Shown piece by piece: positions 9,939 through 19,537 of a DNA stretch of 64,000 nt. Below the pieces are notes generated by a model. The model worked only from the letters and a program-made list of their open reading frames with translations. It searched no databases and was not told where the DNA came from. Every line of letters starts with the position of its first letter. The first letter of the stretch is position 1. The position numbers and the translations under genes were made by a program. This DNA comes from Bacillota bacterium (GTDB lineage: Bacteria > Bacillota > SHA-98 > UBA4971). The stretch lies in the NCBI GenBank assembly GCA_012516125.1, contig JAAYXB010000027.1, positions 10,592 to 74,591 of the forward strand, written 5' to 3'.

Positions 9939-10739
9939 TCAGCGCATCAAGTTCCTCAGCGAGAACACGTCGTCTGGGATCTTCACGTCGAACTCGACTT
10001 GCTCGATTATGAGTGTCGTCGAGGAACCCCGCTTCAGCTTGTCTTCCATGACCACCCTGCTTGCGTAGGTGCGCCCGCCTTTCTCCTTGACCTCCTCGAC
10101 CCGCGAGACCTTGAGGAGCTTGCCGCTTGCCGCGTAGAGTTCCTCTCTCCTCGCCACGAACTTCTCGCAATCAACCCAGATCTTCCGCTTCGGGTAGGAG
10201 ACCTGCTTGCCAGGAAGCGCCGTGGCCTCGAGCACGTAACATCTCGCTCTATCGTACGTCTCGACCCCGGCCAACTTGAACTCGTAAAGCTCGCCCATCT
10301 TCTCGCTCTCGAGGGCGTCCTGGTATGAGAAGTCACTCCCCATCATGCCTTGTTTGAGCATGTGGCCTGAGATCTTCAGGAGATCCTCGGCATCGGGAAA
10401 GAACATCCACAGCTCGTCGCCAAGCTTGAGGTACTTCGTTCCGCGATCGCCGGGGTTGAGGAAGGTTACCATGGCCTTCTGATTCCCGACCACCCATCCC
10501 TCCATCTGCTTCGTAATCTCACGGCTGCCGGCCCGGATGACGAGCTTCGCCACCAGGTGGGCGCTGGCCATGTATGCGTTTGCATCCATCCTGGCTACGA
10601 TCTCTTCCGCAGTCAGGTCTGCCGCCTCCACCGCCGCCCCCGCTCCGCTAAGCTCCGTAGAACCGATGGCGAGTGCGACCAAGAGGGCCATGGCCATCCG
10701 AAGCCCGATCTTCGTCCTGATCCCCGTTCCGAGCATCAT
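9939..10739 (-). CDS. LolA-like outer-membrane lipoprotein-sorting protein
   Basis: Signal peptide; F.NPGDRGTKYLK..DELWMFFP, MMGSDFSYQD and terminal IPDDVFSLRNL. Confidence 0.85.
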   Translation of the reverse strand: MMLGTGIRTKIGLRMAMALLVALAIGSTELSGAGAAVEAADLTAEEIVARMDANAYMASAHLVAKLVIRAGSREITKQMEGWVVGNQKAMVTFLNPGDRGTKYLKLGDELWMFFPDAEDLLKISGHMLKQGMMGSDFSYQDALESEKMGELYEFKLAGVETYDRARCYVLEATALPGKQVSYPKRKIWVDCEKFVARREELYAASGKLLKVSRVEEVKEKGGRTYASRVVMEDKLKRGSSTTLIIEQVEFDVKIPDDVFSLRNLMR

Positions 10740-10777
10740 GTGCGCTTCCTCCCTGCGAATCCCTGTCGTCTTCGGCC

Positions 10778-12040
10778 CTATTGTGTTCTGAGCGCCTGCG
10801 TTGGCTCGATCCTGGCAGCCTGGGCGCTAGGCCAGGAGACCGCAACGAGCGTCACCGCTATCCCTGCGACAGACGCAAAGGCAATGACATCCCAACTGAA
10901 CCTCGGATAGAGTTTCGAAGGGATCATGAACACCTTGTCGAGGGCCGATGTCCCAGGGATGGGTATTCCCGTACCGGTCAATACCTTGAGAGCCATCGCG
11001 CCTATTGACGCCCCAATGGCACTTCCTATGACACCCATTACACCGCCTTCGAGCAAGAAAAGCCGCCGGATCTGCCCCGGCCGCAGGCCCAGGGCCCCCA
11101 TCATGCCTATCTCCCTTCGCCGCTCGTTCACGATCATCAGCATGGTGTTGATCACTACGAAGCTCGCGAGGAAGAGGATAAAGAAGTAGACGAAGTTGTA
11201 CGCCGTCTTTCCCACCTGGAACGTCCTCATCATTTCGCTGTGCTCGTACCAGGGTTCGGCGATATAGCGGGCGTCGGCACCTCTTGCCTTCAGCACCCTC
11301 TCAACGTCGCGCACAAGCTCGGGTACCCTGGCCTCGTCCTTCGCCATCACGAGCACCTCGGTCACCGCGGGCCCCATGTCGAGCATAGCCTGGGCGACGT
11401 CGAGGGGCACGAAGACCAAACCGTCATCGAGGTACTGCAGGCCGCTATTGAGCGAGCCGACCACTACAAAGGTGTAGCCCTTGAGGGAACCGAGCGCGGT
11501 ATTGAAAACAAGAGTGAACCTGTCGCCCACCCCGAGGCCCAGCCTGTCCAGGGTCCTTTGGCCCATTACGGCTTCCCGCTCCCCGGGTCGCAATAGCCGT
11601 CCCTTGACAAGGTAGCGGGATAGCCCGATGAGCCTGTCTTCCGCTTGCGGTTCCACGCCCACGGCCATGAGCCCTTCGAGTTCCTCGCCACCACCCACCA
11701 TGGCGCCGAAACGGAGGCGTGGGACCACATGCGACGCCAGGGGAATCTCTCTCAACGCGTTCGCGACAGACTCATAGCCTTCGCCCTGAAACCCGTCCAC
11801 CGGATAGTTCAGCGAGAGAAGTCGCTCCTTCAGTGAGTATTCCCTGGCGACGACCCTCACATGACCCGAGGTGAGCCTGATGGAGTTGCCTACCATTATG
11901 TCAAAGATGCCGTCGATGGTTCCTTTCGCGAGTACGACCACGAAAACGCCCACCGCGACCGCAATCAAGCTGAGCGCGATGCGCGCCCGGGCTCTTCCGA
12001 GGTTACGGAACGCTATACGCATTAGGCTCACGGTTTTCAC
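10778..12040 (-). CDS. FtsX/LolC-E-like ABC permease
   Basis: MacB-type periplasmic domain, ERRREIGMMGALG and EPTQALR motifs. Confidence 0.9.
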   Translation of the reverse strand: MKTVSLMRIAFRNLGRARARIALSLIAVAVGVFVVVLAKGTIDGIFDIMVGNSIRLTSGHVRVVAREYSLKERLLSLNYPVDGFQGEGYESVANALREIPLASHVVPRLRFGAMVGGGEELEGLMAVGVEPQAEDRLIGLSRYLVKGRLLRPGEREAVMGQRTLDRLGLGVGDRFTLVFNTALGSLKGYTFVVVGSLNSGLQYLDDGLVFVPLDVAQAMLDMGPAVTEVLVMAKDEARVPELVRDVERVLKARGADARYIAEPWYEHSEMMRTFQVGKTAYNFVYFFILFLASFVVINTMLMIVNERRREIGMMGALGLRPGQIRRLFLLEGGVMGVIGSAIGASIGAMALKVLTGTGIPIPGTSALDKVFMIPSKLYPRFSWDVIAFASVAGIAVTLVAVSWPSAQAARIEPTQALRTQ

Positions 12041-12048
12041 CCCCAATC

Positions 12049-13284
12049 CTAACCCCGGCGCAACGAGACGATCGGGTCCTGGGCTGCGACTCTCCTGGCG
12101 GGAATGTAGCTTGCCACCCAGCTCACCACTATGCCCAGCAAGAACGCCTCTGCGACCATGGGCCAGTTCCACGCACCGCGGATAACTCCGGCGATCGGGT
12201 AGCCGATGTCGAGGCCCTTATAACTCTCGAGGATGTTAATGCCGTGGCTCACCAGGTAAGCGTTGCCGGCTATGCCTATCAGGCACCCTGTGATCGAACC
12301 CAGCACGCCTATGCCTGTGGCCTCCAGCATGAACAGGAGCACGATCTCCCTAGTCGTCATTCCCATGGCCTTCATCATCCCGATTTCGCGGACGCGTTCC
12401 ATGGCCCCGAGGAGAATGGTATTGACCACACCCACCACGGCGATGACGAGTATCATGAAGATGAGCAAGGCGCTGAACCCCTGTTTGCTCTGGCTTATAG
12501 CGAGAAAGTCGCTGGCGGCGTCCCGCCATGTGAGCACCTCACCGGATATGCCGGCGTTTTCCAAGGCAGCGCGCACATTTCTGGACACATCCTCGACCCG
12601 CGCGCCATCTTGTGTTTTCAGGACGACTTCCGTTGCCGCGCCGCCCAGCGCGAGAGCCTGACTTGCAACGTCGAGTGGCAGGTAAACCTGGCCGCTGTTC
12701 ACCTGGGGGTGAGGGCTCCTGATGAGGCCGGCCACGGTGAGGTCGATGGCCTGAAACGCCCCGTCACGGGTGCGCGTGACGAGTGTAAAGCTGTCGCCGG
12801 GCACAAGCTCGAGCACGCGCGCGAGGTCGTACCCCAGGAGCGCCTCGGATGCGCCCCGCGCCGGCCACCGGCCATCGACATACTCAGCCAGCGTGAACAC
12901 TTGCCCGTCGCGCTCCGGATCGATCCCCACGCCCATCACGGGGATCTCCTCCCAGCCGGTGTTGAGACGGGCGCCGAACATGAGCCTCGGGGTCGCCGCC
13001 CGTATCTTCTCGACATCCTTCAGCGCCGTGAGCACAGCATCAGGATCCAGGGTGCGGTCGATGGGAAGACTCTCTCGCTCGGCGGAATAACCTTGAGCGT
13101 GAATGCGCACGTCTCCGGTCTCCAGGTTGATGAGATTATCTATGGCATCGCGGTCGACGCCCGCCATGATGCAGTCGACCTCGATGAGCGCCGCAAGGCC
13201 AACAGCAATCGCGAGGAACGTCAGAGCTGTGCGGCGCTTCTGCCGCCAAAGGTTCCTCGCTGCGAGCTTGAGCAGGTAACCCAT
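12049..13284 (-). CDS. FtsX/LolC-E-like ABC permease
   Basis: LAARNLWRQKRRT, ERVREIGMMKAMG and DPIVSLR motifs. Confidence 0.9.
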   Translation of the reverse strand: MGYLLKLAARNLWRQKRRTALTFLAIAVGLAALIEVDCIMAGVDRDAIDNLINLETGDVRIHAQGYSAERESLPIDRTLDPDAVLTALKDVEKIRAATPRLMFGARLNTGWEEIPVMGVGIDPERDGQVFTLAEYVDGRWPARGASEALLGYDLARVLELVPGDSFTLVTRTRDGAFQAIDLTVAGLIRSPHPQVNSGQVYLPLDVASQALALGGAATEVVLKTQDGARVEDVSRNVRAALENAGISGEVLTWRDAASDFLAISQSKQGFSALLIFMILVIAVVGVVNTILLGAMERVREIGMMKAMGMTTREIVLLFMLEATGIGVLGSITGCLIGIAGNAYLVSHGINILESYKGLDIGYPIAGVIRGAWNWPMVAEAFLLGIVVSWVASYIPARRVAAQDPIVSLRRG

Positions 13285-13290
13285 GACCTG

Positions 13291-13974
13291 TTACCTCCTC
13301 CTGTCTTCGGCGATCCGGCCGTCGCGGACGGTTACCAGCCGACGGGCGTAATTCATCACCATTGGGTCATGTGTGCTGAAAATAAACGTCGTCCCTTTCT
13401 TCTGGTTCATCTCCAGCATGAGCTCGATTATGGCCTTGCCTGTCTCCGAGTCTAGGTTGGCCGTGGGCTCATCGGCAAGGACCAGGTCTGGCCCCTTTAC
13501 CAGCGCCCGGGCGATGGCCACGCGCTGCTGCTGTCCCCCGGAAAGATCTCCCGGCCTGCGGTTTTCGAGCCCGCTAAGCCCCACGTCCGCAAGGATGCGC
13601 ATGACCCGGTCTTTCACATTACTCGAGTTCTCGCCGAGCAGAGCTAGGGAGAATTCGACGTTCTCGTACGCGGTCAGGACGGGGATAAGGTTATACGACT
13701 GGAACACAAACCCAATCCTGCGGCGGCGGATGTCGGCCAATTGTGCCTTGGGTAGCTTCGCCAATTCGATCCCGTCGAGGCGGATGACGCCTTCCGTTGG
13801 CGTGTCCAGGCAGCCGACGAGGTTCAGCAGCGTCGTCTTGCCCGAACCTGACGGCCCGGCGATCGCCATGAATTCTCCGCTTTCGACCTCAAGGTCGATT
13901 CCGCGCAACGCCGGCACTGTCAACCTGCCTTGGCGGTAATCCTTCCTTACCCCTTCTAGCTCCAAGAGCGCCAC
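13291..13974 (-). CDS. LolD/MacB-type ABC ATPase
   Basis: GPSGSGKTT, LSGGQQQRV, LADEPTANLD and THD motifs. Confidence 0.95.
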   Translation of the reverse strand: MALLELEGVRKDYRQGRLTVPALRGIDLEVESGEFMAIAGPSGSGKTTLLNLVGCLDTPTEGVIRLDGIELAKLPKAQLADIRRRRIGFVFQSYNLIPVLTAYENVEFSLALLGENSSNVKDRVMRILADVGLSGLENRRPGDLSGGQQQRVAIARALVKGPDLVLADEPTANLDSETGKAIIELMLEMNQKKGTTFIFSTHDPMVMNYARRLVTVRDGRIAEDRRR

Positions 13975-14159
13975 ACTTGTGCCTCCTCTCTATTCGATTC
14001 AACCCCAAGCGGCGGGATGGGACGGACACTGAAGAGCTTGTGAGCGGGCGACAGCCCGGCCATGCCCCTCCCATGCACCACCGCAGCCAATCCATGGTGA
14101 CAACTGCACGAACACTGTACGAACATCGTACCATAGAGGATCGTGGACTACAAGCGGCA

Positions 14160-14386
14160 GTCATCCTCGAACCGTCCCTTTGAGAGATTCATTCGACGCA
14201 TCCCTGAGGAAGTGGTTTCTCGACGGGGGCGGCTTCCCCGGGTTCCCATGGTACACTCCCGGGCATGTGCCGGTGCAGGAGGGGGTGGACATGGCTGCTG
14301 GATCGCCTTGCACGCCTGATAAAGCAGCCCATCGGGTGGGCCGGCGACGCTGTCTTCGAACGACACAGGCGCGAGGATCGTTCCTT
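14160..14386 (+). pseudogene. Degenerate paralogous fragment of the 7830-8372 ORF
   Basis: Visible similarity to 7807-8008, e.g. AAGCAGCCCATCGGGTGGGCCGGC vs AAGCAGCCTATCGGCTGGGCCGGC. Confidence 0.6.
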
Positions 14387-14408
14387 GGACCCTAGCTCAT
14401 GGCGCTAG

Positions 14409-15335
14409 TTAGTCTCCCGATCCCCTGGATTTCTTGGATCGAGCAAAGACAATTGGCCCCAACTGACTGGGGTCGAACCGCCTGAACCAGAGCAAACTGA
14501 GGGCCACAAGCACCGGCCCCAACGCCGCATAGGCCAGTCGTGGCGGGAGGTAGAACTCCACGTCCAGAGTTGGCCACTGCAGAAGCCGTGCAGTCGGGGG
14601 TGCGGCCCCCAGGATCACTGATGCATGGTACTGACTACTAGCCATTACGAAACTCGGGATCACAAACCCGGTGAAGTCCACCCAGAGGGCGGTCCTCACA
14701 AAGCTAATGGTAAGTGCGCCCCAGAGAGTAGCGAACCAGTACGCAACGTAAAGCAGATTGAAAGCCGTCCCGTACCCGCGGCCCGGCAGGGATCCCGCTG
14801 CTACACCAAGTCCTGCAGTATACAGAAGGGTCGGCGCTGCCAGTGTGAGGGCGGAGATCAGCAGTGGACCCCAGGCTACAACCAACTCGCCCCTAATGCG
14901 CTGAACGACCACAGCTGTTGCCATGGAAGCTGCCAGAAGCGCCCCTAAAGTGAACACCGCTGCCAGGTACTTGCCGAACAAGTATGCGGGAGAAGCAAGC
15001 CGCGTTGAGGCAAGGATCTCCCCTGCAGGTGTTATGCGGTCGCGTCTCATGCTGTTGTGGGCTATGAAGAAACCTACCAGACCGAAGAGCAGGGTGGACA
15101 CGAATCCTGAGACCGTGCCGACGAAGTTGGAATCGTAGGTGAAAGCTCCGTGGTGAGCGGCGGTCAGAAATGCGTAGCCTGCGGTCCTGGGTGGCAGGGC
15201 CAGGCGGGTCAGGACTGAAAAAACCAGGACCAGGAACCAAAAGCCCCAACTGCGAGCGCGCATCCGTAGCTCAGTCTTGACCACCGCCCAGGTGCCTTCA
15301 AGTCGAGTGCCAGCCACATGTTGATATACCATCAT
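14409..15335 (-). CDS. ABC-2-type transporter permease
   Basis: Multiple TM helices; RDR...EILAST...YLFGKY motif. Confidence 0.75.
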   Translation of the reverse strand: MMVYQHVAGTRLEGTWAVVKTELRMRARSWGFWFLVLVFSVLTRLALPPRTAGYAFLTAAHHGAFTYDSNFVGTVSGFVSTLLFGLVGFFIAHNSMRRDRITPAGEILASTRLASPAYLFGKYLAAVFTLGALLAASMATAVVVQRIRGELVVAWGPLLISALTLAAPTLLYTAGLGVAAGSLPGRGYGTAFNLLYVAYWFATLWGALTISFVRTALWVDFTGFVIPSFVMASSQYHASVILGAAPPTARLLQWPTLDVEFYLPPRLAYAALGPVLVALSLLWFRRFDPSQLGPIVFARSKKSRGSGD

Positions 15336-15381
15336 CAACTTCACCCTCCCGGGCCTGTTCCGTTTCGTTGTCGCGTACAAT

Positions 15382-16122
15382 TCAGTACGACCAATGGGAC
15401 CTATCCAATATGAACAGGGTGAGCGCGATGAGGATCGCTCCCGCGGTGGCGTACCCTATTCTGTTCAGCCAGAACACCCGCATGTCAGTGATAGGACCGA
15501 ATGCAAACGCAGCTAGCTCGCAGCGGAAGGCCGATGCCACGGGGAATGGTTGGATAACGGTCGGCACGAATCTCTTCAGGGTTATTACTCCGATCACCAC
15601 CGCAGGCGGCATCGTGTAACCCGCGACCTGGCTGCCGGTGACTGTCGCCACGGCAAATGCCAGGCCAGCCATGAAGATTGTCAAGGCGATAGACGACATA
15701 GCCACCATGAGAGGAGGGAAAACCGCCCAACTTGCTCCGGGGACCCCGGCTATCTTGTACAGAACCCCGGCCAGAGGGGCTACCAAGACAAGAGGCAAAG
15801 CGAGCACCTCGCAGACTCGTCTGCCGATGCGTACTGATGGTGGTGTTGCAGTTGTATTGAGGATCTCAGCCATTCGAAAGTCACGATCCAGCAATGCCAG
15901 AGGTACCACGAGAGCCGCAATGAGCGGTGGGAACGCAAGTTCAATAAGGAACACAACCTCGCTCTCGGGGCGTACCCCCTGAGAGGTGAGAACAATCAGT
16001 GCGATGAGAGCGAACAGCCCGAAGCAAATCCACGTTGACTCATTCCAGATCAACCTGAGCGTTACCCACCTGCCGGCAACGTCAGGACGGTAGTGACCCT
16101 TGCCCCGAGCGTTCCCTACCAT
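15382..16122 (-). CDS. ABC-2-type transporter permease
   Basis: About six TM helices, DRDFRMAEILNTT. ATG at 16122 overlaps the stop of the read-through ATPase frame. Confidence 0.7.
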   Translation of the reverse strand: MVGNARGKGHYRPDVAGRWVTLRLIWNESTWICFGLFALIALIVLTSQGVRPESEVVFLIELAFPPLIAALVVPLALLDRDFRMAEILNTTATPPSVRIGRRVCEVLALPLVLVAPLAGVLYKIAGVPGASWAVFPPLMVAMSSIALTIFMAGLAFAVATVTGSQVAGYTMPPAVVIGVITLKRFVPTVIQPFPVASAFRCELAAFAFGPITDMRVFWLNRIGYATAGAILIALTLFILDRSHWSY

Positions 16123-16997
16123 CCGGGTCCCCCCACGATATAGAGGTAGGCGTCCTCCAGGGTCGGTCGCATGGCTTGCGCCTCGGGCGCAGGCGGCTCT
16201 GGAGCAATGAGCCTGACAACGGACTAGTCTCCTTCTTGCCGGGAGCTTACGAGTATCCATCGTCGACCGGCCTGTGGCAGGCTGACTTGGTTCTCGTCTC
16301 TAACTACCTGCCAGACCCGACCCTCTACTTTCCGGATAGCGTCCCCAGGCGACCCTGCAAACAGGATTTGACCATTGGCAAGCATGATCAACTCCGAAGC
16401 AACGGCTTCGACATCGAATACAATGTGAGTCGAGAGGACCACAAGTCGATCGCGGGACAGTGATGACAGCATGGAACGAAATCGGACTCGCTCTTCCGGG
16501 TCGAGCCCGGCGGTCGGCTCGTCAACGATCAACACGTCCGGCTGATTCAGCAGAGCCTGCGCTATTCCAAGACGCCGCTTCATGCCGCCAGAGAGAGAAC
16601 CTACACGCCGGTTTGCCAACTCGCTGAGTCCGGTGATGTGCAGCGCTTCGTCTATGCGCTCCTTGCGCTTAGCACGTGGAACACGCTTTAGGTCTGCTAT
16701 GTAGGCGAGAACTTCCACAACCCTCAAGCTGGGATAGAAGTCGAAATGCTGGGGTAGATAGCCCAGGATCGACCGGATCTTCGAGGGGTACCTCACGACG
16801 TCTATCTCATTGATCGATACATGCCCTGCCGTCGGCCGCGTGATGGTAGAGAGAATGCGCATTAGTGTCGTTTTCCCTGCGCCGTTGGGACCGACGAGAC
16901 CCAGAGTTCCACCTGACGTAGCGTAGGTTATTCCTTTCAAAGCTTCCACGCCACCCCGGTAAACCTTGCGCAACGATTTGAAGCTCATTGTTGCCAT
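16116..16997 (-). CDS. ABC ATPase (multidrug/bacteriocin exporter type) with an in-frame TAG at 16224-16226
   Basis: GPNGAGKTT, LSGGMKRR and VDEPTAGLD. After the TAG the same frame continues to PTLEDAYL and stops at 16116. Confidence 0.85.
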
Positions 16998-17188
16998 TGC
17001 GTGTTAGCAACCCCTCCATTCGAGAATAAGAGCTCATTTCAGCCGTACCTCGGCTGGTCCGCCGAGCGAGTTCGAAGGACAAGGATTCGCAGCTCCCCGG
17101 CCTCGCACTCCACGAATCTTGTAAAGAGTTACTTTCAGCCCCCGATTGCTGTCCATTTGGAGCCACGGCCATTAGCTCCAGTACATAT

Positions 17189-17213
17189 GTCGGGCCCGCA
17201 AGAGGAAAAGTTC
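17189..17213 (-). promoter_or_regulatory. ECF-type promoter upstream of the ABC operon
   Basis: GAAC-N17-CGAC, mirrored by GAAC-N18-CGAC upstream of the ECF gene. Confidence 0.45.
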
Positions 17214-17363
17214 GATGGCAGATCGAACAACTAGAACACGCACCGTTAGGACCATAGCTCCCCGCCGGCATTAGTCGCAGCAGCCTAAGCCGTACCTTAT
17301 TTTAGCCCCAAGTGCTTCGCAGGGTGAAAACTCACGGTCCCGGCAGATGGCATGGGTGCTACC

Positions 17364-17389
17364 GAACCATTCGTCACCGGTGATACGAC
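17364..17389 (+). promoter_or_regulatory. Putative autoregulatory ECF promoter
   Basis: GAAC-N18-CGAC about 35 nt upstream of the sigma factor ATG. Confidence 0.45.
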
Positions 17390-17424
17390 TTAATACAGGG
17401 GTTTGCCGAACAGGGGTGACTCCT

Positions 17425-18057
17425 ATGGGCATACGCGACGGAGAAGGCATGCATCCGTACAATCGTGCGACTGGTGGCAACACGCCGGGCGACAGCGACG
17501 AGTCCTTACTCCGGTCCGTGGCCACAGGTAGTGACTTTGCCTTGGCTCAACTGATGGACCGTTATGGAGAGAGGCTTTTCGGCTTTGCCGTCCGTCTCCT
17601 GGGATGTCCTCAAGATGCCGAAGAGGTGGTCAGTGATACTTTTGTTGCAGCGTGGCGAGGAGCAGGGAAGTTCAGGGGGGAATGCTCCGTACGGGCATGG
17701 TTGTACAGCATATGTCGCAACCTTGTCACAGATAGGCTTCGCAGAAGGAAGAACGTGTCAACATGCCCACTCCACCACACTGTGGGCGATCCTTCGCCTG
17801 CTTCAGACCCAGAGCACCATGCATGGACCGGCTGGCGAAGGGAGCAAGTGGCATCCTGCGTTCGTCGGCTTCCGTCGGCAGCGCGGCAGACGCTGGTACT
17901 GCGCATCTATGGGGACCTCACCTATGAGGAGATCGCTCAAGTATGCAACTGTCCGGTTGGGACAGTGCGGAGCAGGCTGAACTATGCAATGACCCGGCTA
18001 GGTGAATTACTTGATGCAGAGAACGTTGACAACTGCTTGGAGGAGGACCAACTGTGA
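17425..18057 (+). CDS. ECF RNA polymerase sigma-70 factor
   Basis: DAEEVVSDTF, AWLYSICRN and LTYEEIAQVCNCPVGTVRSRL (regions 2 and 4). Confidence 0.93.
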   Translation: MGIRDGEGMHPYNRATGGNTPGDSDESLLRSVATGSDFALAQLMDRYGERLFGFAVRLLGCPQDAEEVVSDTFVAAWRGAGKFRGECSVRAWLYSICRNLVTDRLRRRKNVSTCPLHHTVGDPSPASDPEHHAWTGWRREQVASCVRRLPSAARQTLVLRIYGDLTYEEIAQVCNCPVGTVRSRLNYAMTRLGELLDAENVDNCLEEDQL

Positions 18058-18530
18058 GAAATCGGCACAGGATTGTAAAGCGCTTAATCGGCTTGTACGC
18101 AATTGGCGATCTTTCACCAGTGGAAAGAGACGTGGTATCCAGCCATGTGAAGCAGTGTCCGCTGTGCCGTGCAGAACTCGACAGGCTTCAGCGGGTTGCG
18201 GAGGACTTACGCAGTCTGCGCACCGAGGACCGGCTGTCGCCGACTTGCAAGACGCACGTGCTCGCCAGGATCCGACAGATGAAAGCAAGTATCGGCCAAG
18301 AGCAGTCCGCGCACCTGGCAGGATGGTGGTTCCTACCGCTGGTTCAGGCAACCGCCTTTGTGGTGGTAGCTCGACTCGTGGAAGCTCGCATGCTGGCAAG
18401 AGACATCATCCTGCCGAACGTGATGCACCAGCTTGTGACGGTTGCAGCTGCTGGCATGTTCCTAGGGTTCTTGGGGATTGCTGGAGCGTTGCTTTGTCAG
18501 AACCGGGCTGCACGGAGGCTTGTGCCATGA
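18054..18530 (+). CDS. Zinc-finger (ZAS/zf-HC2) anti-sigma factor
   Basis: HVKQCPLC (HxxxCxxC) and two TM helices; GTGA overlap with the sigma gene. Confidence 0.85.
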   Translation: MRNRHRIVKRLIGLYAIGDLSPVERDVVSSHVKQCPLCRAELDRLQRVAEDLRSLRTEDRLSPTCKTHVLARIRQMKASIGQEQSAHLAGWWFLPLVQATAFVVVARLVEARMLARDIILPNVMHQLVTVAAAGMFLGFLGIAGALLCQNRAARRLVP

Positions 18531-19300
18531 CGACAGCTCGTAACGCCACGCAAGCAGGGCTACCGGACCGCGTGCGTCCCGTTGTGCGCACGAAACGGTG
18601 GGTTGCGATCATTGGCCTGCTCAGCTTGTTCTTAGCTATCCCCTCTGTTTTCTTCTGGGACGACATCTTAGCAGGGCTGCCGGTGAGTTCAGCGAACTTT
18701 CTTGCATACCGCCTATCCAGGATACTTGCGAGTGGTGACCCAGCCCATAATACTCAGGATGTCGTGTCCAGATGGAGGGCCAAGAATCCCACGGCGTACG
18801 GCGTATTTGTGGCTGGAAGTGACAACTGCGTCATCTTCTCCACTATGCCTCGACTGCTTGGAGTGACAGTTGACGTTCGCGACCCGGACGATAGGGGCGA
18901 GGTTGGGGAGTGGTTTCTCGTCCATGGTTTGAAGCCCGAAGATGGTAGGGATGTGCCTTGCCATGTTGCTTACGCCGTTGTGAGGGACCAGACGGGAAAG
19001 GTTACGGCCCGGATCTGGGTTGTGGGTCCGGACACCAAATACCTATCACTCTTCAGCCTGATACTAGTGTTATGTTCGTTGCCTAACGTTCGTATCGGCC
19101 TGTGGAACATCCTCTTCTGGCTCTCGATACCTATCTGGATCTACCTTGATGCTCTGGTTCAGGCGCCTGGAGAACGGCGTCGAGCATGGCTGTGGAGCAC
19201 GATCGGGATGGCGTTCAACGTGGCTGGTCTCGCTTTGTATCTTATTGCCCAAGCATCGAAACAACTCAGCTCTCGTGCGGGCGATCGAACCCGAGGTTGA
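18527..19300 (+). CDS. Membrane protein with a small extracytoplasmic domain
   Basis: ATGA overlap with the anti-sigma gene; TM helices and a C-terminal WIYLDA...AWLW...GLALYL motif. Confidence 0.7.
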   Translation: MTTARNATQAGLPDRVRPVVRTKRWVAIIGLLSLFLAIPSVFFWDDILAGLPVSSANFLAYRLSRILASGDPAHNTQDVVSRWRAKNPTAYGVFVAGSDNCVIFSTMPRLLGVTVDVRDPDDRGEVGEWFLVHGLKPEDGRDVPCHVAYAVVRDQTGKVTARIWVVGPDTKYLSLFSLILVLCSLPNVRIGLWNILFWLSIPIWIYLDALVQAPGERRRAWLWSTIGMAFNVAGLALYLIAQASKQLSSRAGDRTRG

Positions 19301-19537
19301 GGCGCCTTGGGCTTGAAGAGCAGCCGCAGCATGTTCTAGGGCTGCCGAAGTGACCAGAGTTCCTGATGGGTGGTGCCCCTTTTACTCGTTCTGCCCCACG
19401 TATTGCCTCTTCTATCTTTGGTGACGAGACACGAACACGGCCCTCTGGCGCAGCCATGCTCGATCTTGCGCCCGGCGACATGGCCAGATCTGCGGCTGCA
19501 GGACTCACCATCTACGCCTCGTGGAGCCTTGTAACAC

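Noticed and set aside
12244-13455. Long plus-strand ORFs (this one and similar ones such as 21947-23137 and 51473-52546)
   Set aside because: They are antisense shadows of well-supported genes, as expected in high-GC DNA, and show no recognisable motifs.
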